Source: Candidatus Altimarinota bacterium (GTDB lineage Bacteria; Patescibacteriota; Gracilibacteria; CAIRYL01; GCA-016699755). From it: a stretch of 64,000 nt of DNA. Within the stretch, counting starts at the first letter, position 1. Every line of letters begins with the position of its first letter. Below the pieces are notes generated by a model that saw only the letters and a list, made by a program, of their open reading frames with translations, had not been told where the DNA came from and did no database searches. Of this stretch, positions 58,837 to 64,000 are shown piece by piece. The translations under genes were made by a program, and so were the position numbers. The stretch lies in contig OY760935.1 in assembly GCA_963664295.1 (NCBI GenBank), positions 384,001 through 448,000 on the forward strand, in the 5' to 3' direction.

Positions 58837-60019
58837 TTTTAAGCGCAATGTGGATATTAAAACCAAAAAATAAACCTGTAATAATCATAACTCCCGCCAT
58901 AATCAAAAATAAAGTAAAAATACTATATAAATCAGCAATATAACCCAAAAATGGCAAGGTTAAAACCTGAAAAAACTGCACAATAAAGCTGTAAATTGAA
59001 CTTACTGTTGCACGATGATAAGAAGCCGAACGCTTGTTAATTTCATCACTAAAAAATATTCTCCCAAGACCATAGGTAAACTCAAAAAACAAAGGGAACA
59101 AAAGAGTAATATAAATAACACTCACTTTTGCCAACAAGATAAAGCCAATTATTTGAGCAAGAAAAATCACAACAAATGAATTTAAATGGCCAATTTTATC
59201 AATAATAGAGTGCGCTCTTGCAGAACAATAACCAGCAAACAAAACATAAACACCACCAGCCAAGCCCCAATATTTCACAGGAAAATTTAAAGATTCATAC
59301 AAAGGATTAAAAAATTGAAATACAATTTTTTCACTAAGTGTAATAAAAACACCCGTTAAAACAATAAAAACCAGAATTTTGTGAGAAAAAAGCCATTTAA
59401 AAGATTTGGTCAAATGATTAAATTGCGATTTTTTTAAGGGTTTTTCATAAACAGGCTCTTCAAGAAAAAAACTTATCAAAAAAAACACCAAAGCAGGAAT
59501 AATACTAAGATAAATAGCCATGCGAATTGAAAAATAATCCGCAATAAAAGCACCAATTACCCAAAAAGGAATACACAAATACAAGCTCGTTGCAGTTATT
59601 TTACCCCAGATTTTTTTGTATTCACCTTCTTGACCAAGATCTTTTAAGCTCTCAAAAACAAGGGCAGTATCAGCACCAGACATACTTGCAATACAAATCC
59701 CGTATAAAATTTGAGTTAATATAATATGAGCAAAACTTGTCGCAAAGGCAAGTGAAATCATTCCCAACACAGAAAATAAGCCACCAAAAATAAGTGCCTT
59801 TTTTCTGCCCATAAAATCAGCAAAAACCGCAGAAGGAACTTCAAAAAGAATAATAGTGAGAGCAAAAATAGACTCACCAATAAACATTTCCGCCAAACTA
59901 AGTCCAATCACGTTTATTTCAAAAGCAATAAGAACTTGTCCAACAAAAAACAGAGATTGCCCCTTAATAAATCTCATGAGCTTAAAATTGCGCTTGAGCT
60001 TTTTTTGATGATCATTCAT
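58829..60019 (-). CDS. MFS transporter
   Basis: EVPS...AD..GRK, SGA..ALV.ESL, RAT..S; about 12 TM helices. Confidence 0.9.
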   Translation of the reverse strand: MNDHQKKLKRNFKLMRFIKGQSLFFVGQVLIAFEINVIGLSLAEMFIGESIFALTIILFEVPSAVFADFMGRKKALIFGGLFSVLGMISLAFATSFAHIILTQILYGICIASMSGADTALVFESLKDLGQEGEYKKIWGKITATSLYLCIPFWVIGAFIADYFSIRMAIYLSIIPALVFFLISFFLEEPVYEKPLKKSQFNHLTKSFKWLFSHKILVFIVLTGVFITLSEKIVFQFFNPLYESLNFPVKYWGLAGGVYVLFAGYCSARAHSIIDKIGHLNSFVVIFLAQIIGFILLAKVSVIYITLLFPLFFEFTYGLGRIFFSDEINKRSASYHRATVSSIYSFIVQFFQVLTLPFLGYIADLYSIFTLFLIMAGVMIITGLFFGFNIHIALKNE

Positions 60020-60032
60020 AACGCAATTTTAC

Positions 60033-61121
60033 CTATAAGAGTTTAATAAACTCATCAAATAAAAACTGGGCATCTTGTGGACCAGGACAGGCTTCAGGAT
60101 GAAATTGCACAGAAAAAATAGGTTTTGTTTTGTGTTTTATGCCCTCAACACTGCCATCGTTTAAATTCTTAAACCAAATTTTAAAATCCTTTGGAATTTT
60201 TTTCTCATCAACAGCAAAGCCATGATTTTGACTTGTCACATAACATTTTTCCGTTTCAATATCCTGCACAGGCTGATTTACACTTCTGTGTCCATAAGGA
60301 AGTTTATATGTATTACCGCCTAATGAAAGCGCTAAAATCTGATTACCAAGGCAAATTCCAAAACATGGAACACCTTTTTCATAAGCCCATTTAATATTTT
60401 TTGCAATTACTGGAGCAACTTTTTTTGGATCACCAGGGCCATTAGCAATAAAAAGTCCATCAAACTCATATTCGCCAGTGCTTGCATCAAAATTCCAAGG
60501 AACATGGATAATTTCTACTCCTCTTTTTAAGAAAGACCTTAAAATATTCCTTTTTATTCCTGTATCAACAACTAAAACTCTTTTTTTAATTGAATTTTTT
60601 GGCTTATAAACCTGCACCTTATCTATCGAAACCTCTGCCACAAGATTGCCCTCTTCTGGATTTTCGATTGTTTTTTTAGGCTCACCATCTTCAATAACAA
60701 TCTGACCAAGGCAAGTGCCATGTTCACGCAAAACCTGAGTTAATTCCCTAGTATCAATGCCAGCTATTGCAGGGACTTTGTTTTCTTTTAGCCAATCTGT
60801 AAGAGTTTTTTCACCGCGAAAATGAGAAAAATCCTTAGCAGGAGTGGAGCAAACAAGCCCTCGCACATGAATATTTTCACTTTCAAAATTTTTAATAATA
60901 CCATGTTCGTCTTTATCAAAAGGTGGAACCCCAACATTACCCACCAATGGAAAAGTAAAACAAAGTATCTGTCCTCTATAACTAGGATCAGTCAAAGAAA
61001 GCTCAAAACCAACCATGCCAGTAGAAAAAACCACTTCACCATCACTTGGTCCTTCATAACCAAAGCTTTCTCCTATAAATTCCTGACCTGTTGTTAATAT
61101 TAAGCGAGCTTTTTTTGGCAT
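60033..61121 (-). CDS. carA: Carbamoyl-phosphate synthase small subunit
   Basis: GEVVF.TGM, LTDPSY, NGPGDP, GICLG.Q, QFHPE. Confidence 0.96.
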   Translation of the reverse strand: MPKKARLILTTGQEFIGESFGYEGPSDGEVVFSTGMVGFELSLTDPSYRGQILCFTFPLVGNVGVPPFDKDEHGIIKNFESENIHVRGLVCSTPAKDFSHFRGEKTLTDWLKENKVPAIAGIDTRELTQVLREHGTCLGQIVIEDGEPKKTIENPEEGNLVAEVSIDKVQVYKPKNSIKKRVLVVDTGIKRNILRSFLKRGVEIIHVPWNFDASTGEYEFDGLFIANGPGDPKKVAPVIAKNIKWAYEKGVPCFGICLGNQILALSLGGNTYKLPYGHRSVNQPVQDIETEKCYVTSQNHGFAVDEKKIPKDFKIWFKNLNDGSVEGIKHKTKPIFSVQFHPEACPGPQDAQFLFDEFIKLL

Positions 61122-61188
61122 TTTCTTTCTTTAATTCCAACTTATTTTGCCCCAAAAAAACTTCTTAGTCGAGTGAAAAAAGCAAAAA

Positions 61189-62061
61189 TTATGCAAAAAC
61201 ACCAGTGCTCAAATATTTATCACCCCTATCCGGTAAAATAACAAGCACTTTTCCATTTTTAATCTTTTCCGCCACAGTAATAGCACCACCACTACTCAAA
61301 CCAGCAAAAATCCCTTCCACTTGCGCTAATTTTTTTGTATTTGCAAATGCCTCCTCATTTTCAATGAAAACTTTTTCACTAAAATAAGAATCATCAACAA
61401 TTTTTGGCATAAAATCATCATAAGGATTTTGAATACCTTGCACATTAAACCCCTTAGGCGGAATAATAGCCACTATTTTTGTATTTGGAGAATGTTTTTC
61501 AAAATATTTTGCCAAGCCCATAATAGTCCCACCTGTACCCACACCAGCCACAAGATAATCAATCTCTGGCATTTCCGCCAAAATCTCCTCTCCATATTGC
61601 AAATAAGCCTCAACATTATCTTCGTTCTCAAACTGGTTCGCAAACCAATATTCATCTGGGCTATCTGCCACCAATTCTTTTGCCTTGGCAATCGCCCCTG
61701 CTGTACCCAAGTTTTTATCAGTCAAAACAAGTTCAGCCCCAAGGCTACGCAAAATCTGCTTACGTTCTTCACTCATTGCCTCGCTCATAACAATCTTCAC
61801 CTTAAATCCAAGCGAAGTACCAATAGAAGCCAAAGAAATACCCATATTTCCACTTGTTGCTTCAAGAATTGTTTTTTCTTTGGTCAAATCCCCTCTTTCA
61901 ATTGCCCTATTTATCATATTACTACCAGCACGGTCTTTTATGCTCCCACCTGCTGGATTTGCTCCCTCGATTTTTGCATATATTTCTTGATCTGGAAAAA
62001 TTTTCTCCAAACGCACGAGTGGCGTGCTTCCTGTTGCTTTTTGCAATGTTTTTGTATTCAT
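61189..62061 (-). CDS. cysK: Cysteine synthase (CysK/CysM family, PLP)
   Basis: TPLV, NP.GSIKDR, EATSGN.G, GVGTGGT, G.SSG, PDRG.KYLS. Confidence 0.9.
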   Translation of the reverse strand: MNTKTLQKATGSTPLVRLEKIFPDQEIYAKIEGANPAGGSIKDRAGSNMINRAIERGDLTKEKTILEATSGNMGISLASIGTSLGFKVKIVMSEAMSEERKQILRSLGAELVLTDKNLGTAGAIAKAKELVADSPDEYWFANQFENEDNVEAYLQYGEEILAEMPEIDYLVAGVGTGGTIMGLAKYFEKHSPNTKIVAIIPPKGFNVQGIQNPYDDFMPKIVDDSYFSEKVFIENEEAFANTKKLAQVEGIFAGLSSGGAITVAEKIKNGKVLVILPDRGDKYLSTGVFA

Positions 62062-62080
62062 TTTGTTTAAATAAATTTAT

Positions 62081-62110
62081 AAAAAAATACTCTCAGCTTA
62101 TGTGAGAGTA
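62081..62110 (-). terminator. Attenuator terminator upstream of cysK
   Basis: UACUCUCA-CAUAAGC-UGAGAGUA followed by U7. Confidence 0.8.
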
Positions 62111-62151
62111 GTAGTTAAAATACAGTTTTGGCAAAAACTAAGTCACTACTC

Positions 62152-62199
62152 TCAAACGAGAGCGCAACAACATGCCAAAGCTATTTTTTTGATTTTCAT
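62152..62199 (-). CDS. Putative cysteine leader peptide MKIKKIALACCCALV
   Basis: ATG...TGT TGT TGC...TGA directly upstream of the attenuator and cysK. Confidence 0.8.
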   Translation of the reverse strand: MKIKKIALACCCALV

Positions 62200-62206
62200 C
62201 GTTTTT

Positions 62207-62235
62207 ATTGTAAATGATTTTTACGAAAAAGGCAA
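62207..62235 (-). promoter_or_regulatory. Sigma70-type promoter giving a leaderless leader-peptide transcript
   Basis: TTGCCT-17 nt-TACAAT-7 nt-ATG. Confidence 0.7.
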
Positions 62236-62508
62236 ACATTGTTCATCTTTTTCTATTCCTAATAATTGCAATGAATTCTTCTCTGTTGCTCCAATAATTT
62301 CTTCAACTTGTTGTTTTGTTTCCAATGAAAGACTTGGGCAAAACAAAACTCCTTGCTGTCCTGCCAATTCTCCAAGTCGCGCACAAGCGCCTTTCATACC
62401 CAAAGCTCCTAATTCATCACAATATGGCTCATAAACATAACCTTCTCTTATTCCAGTTATACGATCCGAAAAAGGCAATTTTGCTAAGTCAAAATTGTCA
62501 CAAGGCAT
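62221..62508 (-). CDS. Small hypothetical protein (5 Cys)
   Basis: 95-aa ORF; upstream TTGACA-16-TACAAT at 62532-62559. Confidence 0.5.
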   Translation of the reverse strand: MPCDNFDLAKLPFSDRITGIREGYVYEPYCDELGALGMKGACARLGELAGQQGVLFCPSLSLETKQQVEEIIGATEKNSLQLLGIEKDEQCLPFS

Positions 62509-62579
62509 AATTATTTAGAAACAGGATTTAAATTGTACGCCATTTAGCTGTGTTGTCAATACAAAGTTCGAGTCCTGTA

Positions 62580-62654
62580 TGGTACCCCCGACAGGAATCG
62601 AACCTGTATCTACAGCTTAGGAGGCCGTCGTTCTATCCATTGAACTACGGGGGC
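62580..62654 (-). tRNA. tRNA-Arg (CCT)
   Basis: Cloverleaf gcccccg...ctcctaa...ggttcgattcc...cgggggtacca. Confidence 0.95.
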
Positions 62655-62678
62655 AGGTTTTTACATTATTATATCCTC

Positions 62679-63236
62679 TTAAGATTTTTTAATCTGTACA
62701 TATTGAGTGTGTTCTTGTGGCAATTTGCTCTGCTCTATCTCAAAAACATCACCTTTTTCTGTGTTTTCTGCGCCCAATTCTTTTAATAATTCTTCAAAAA
62801 GCGTTTCATCTCCAGCCATAATCAATATTCGTGGGTCAATTTCTTCTGCAAATTTTTTGAGATCTTTATTGTTCATACCGTCTGTGCTTTTTGGTAAGAA
62901 CAAAATATCTGCATTAACTAATTTTTCAATTTTTTCTTGAGAAACAAGTTTTTTTAAATCTCCCAAAAAAGCTATGCGTATGCCATCAACCTCGAAATAT
63001 TGGGCTATTCTCTCCCCTCTTGTGTTGATTGATTTTACTGCTATGCCACCATATTCAAACTCGCCTGGCCAGGCTATTGCTGGCTTATCGCCAAATTTAT
63101 TATCATCTTTTATGTGTGAAAACAAACTTACTGCAACTTTATTGTCTACCTGACTTTCTGATTCCGGATTTATTAGTATTTTGTGCTTTTCTCCTTCGAT
63201 TGTGAAAGAAAAATTTCCTTGAAATGTGATTTTCAT
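62679..63236 (-). CDS. Degenerate MBL-fold (Lactamase_B_3-like) CPR protein
   Basis: I.WPGE.E..G, DGIRIAFLGDL, ..DILF.P, IDPRI.I. Confidence 0.7.
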   Translation of the reverse strand: MKITFQGNFSFTIEGEKHKILINPESESQVDNKVAVSLFSHIKDDNKFGDKPAIAWPGEFEYGGIAVKSINTRGERIAQYFEVDGIRIAFLGDLKKLVSQEKIEKLVNADILFLPKSTDGMNNKDLKKFAEEIDPRILIMAGDETLFEELLKELGAENTEKGDVFEIEQSKLPQEHTQYVQIKKS

Positions 63237-63249
63237 ATTTTTTATTAAA

Positions 63250-63999
63250 TTATTTTAAAATTATTTTACCTCCGAGGGAGTTTATTTTTTTGTCGATATT
63301 TTCGTATCCTCTGAAAATATAATTTATATTTGAGATTTCTGTTGTGCCCTTTGCACAGAGGCCTGCGAGCACCATAGCTGCACCTGCGCGAATGTCTTGG
63401 CTGGCTATTAGGGTGCCTTTTAGGTCGCTTTTTCCTATTATTAGTGCTTGATGGGGATTTAATAATTCTATTTGTGCTCCCATTTTCTCTAATTCGAACA
63501 AAAATGCAAATCTACCTTCGAATAATGTTTCAAAAACTCTTGATATGCCTTTTGCTTGGGTCATCAATACTGCAAATGGCGCCATTAAGTCTGTCGGAAA
63601 ACCGGGAAATACAGCTGTTTTTAAGTTTACTGCCTGATAATCTTTTTTAGGAGGTTTAATTTTTGCATAATCTGAATATATTTCTATATTTACTCCTGCT
63701 TCTTTTAGTTTTTGATAAAAAGAATCTAATTGGCTTTCTATTGCGCCTTTTACTGTGATTTCACCTTTTGTCACTGCTCCGGCAAGGATTAGTGTGCCTG
63801 CTTCGAGCATGTCTGGTGTTATTTCTATATTTGCATTTTTTAATTCTCCACCTTTTATTTGTATATTATGTGTGCCTGCGCCTTTTATTTCTGCTCCTGC
63901 GGATTGCAATGTCTCGCAGAGATTTTTTACATGTGGTTCTGAGGCGGTCATGCGTATTTCTGTTTCTTGTTTTAATGTGCTGGCAAGAATTATTATATT
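63250..63999 (-). CDS. murA: UDP-N-acetylglucosamine 1-carboxyvinyltransferase, 5'-partial
   Basis: EPHV..L, PD..EAGT, FPGFPTD, DIRAGAA, RGYE. Confidence 0.95.
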   Translation of the reverse strand, partial: NIIILASTLKQETEIRMTASEPHVKNLCETLQSAGAEIKGAGTHNIQIKGGELKNANIEITPDMLEAGTLILAGAVTKGEITVKGAIESQLDSFYQKLKEAGVNIEIYSDYAKIKPPKKDYQAVNLKTAVFPGFPTDLMAPFAVLMTQAKGISRVFETLFEGRFAFLFELEKMGAQIELLNPHQALIIGKSDLKGTLIASQDIRAGAAMVLAGLCAKGTTEISNINYIFRGYENIDKKINSLGGKIILK

Positions 64000-64000
64000 T

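Noticed and set aside
62558-62579. T-arm-like gttcgagtcc on the + strand next to tRNA-Arg
   Set aside because: No cloverleaf can be built; the region abuts the promoter of the 62508 ORF

Overview
This is a low-GC bacterial chromosomal window, most likely from a Patescibacteria/CPR organism (inferred Peregrinibacteria-like). It uses standard code 11, since TGA stops overlap downstream ATGs as ATGA. Most of it is housekeeping: pyrD, miaB, nadC, a class B PBP, holB, ricT/PSP1, ymdB, ctpA, uvrB, hisG/hisI, argS, recF, metG, purE, pdxS, PFOR gamma/delta/alpha, proS, nth, rplS, yggS, ridA, carA, cysK and partial murA. There are two tRNAs (fMet-CAT, Arg-CCT). CPR-type surface genes include seven VirB2/TrbC-like pilin genes in two loci, a VirB6-like membrane protein, an SLH protein and CsaB. 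No integrase, transposase, cas gene or reverse transcriptase was recognised. The most notable signals are non-coding or too short for the ORF track: (1) a leaderless poly-Cys leader peptide with a complete 1:2/2:3/3:4 attenuator before cysK; (2) a tandem two-uORF, two-terminator leader with a His-His attenuator before hisG; (3) the initiator tRNA embedded in an array of its own 5' halves (83-bp period) and 3' halves; (4) a leaderless uORF and terminator before recF; (5) modular REP-like palindrome clusters at three convergent gene junctions; (6) triple-pilin polyproteins and a pilin with a cystine-knot-like tail. All calls come from reading the sequence by eye; no searches were run.
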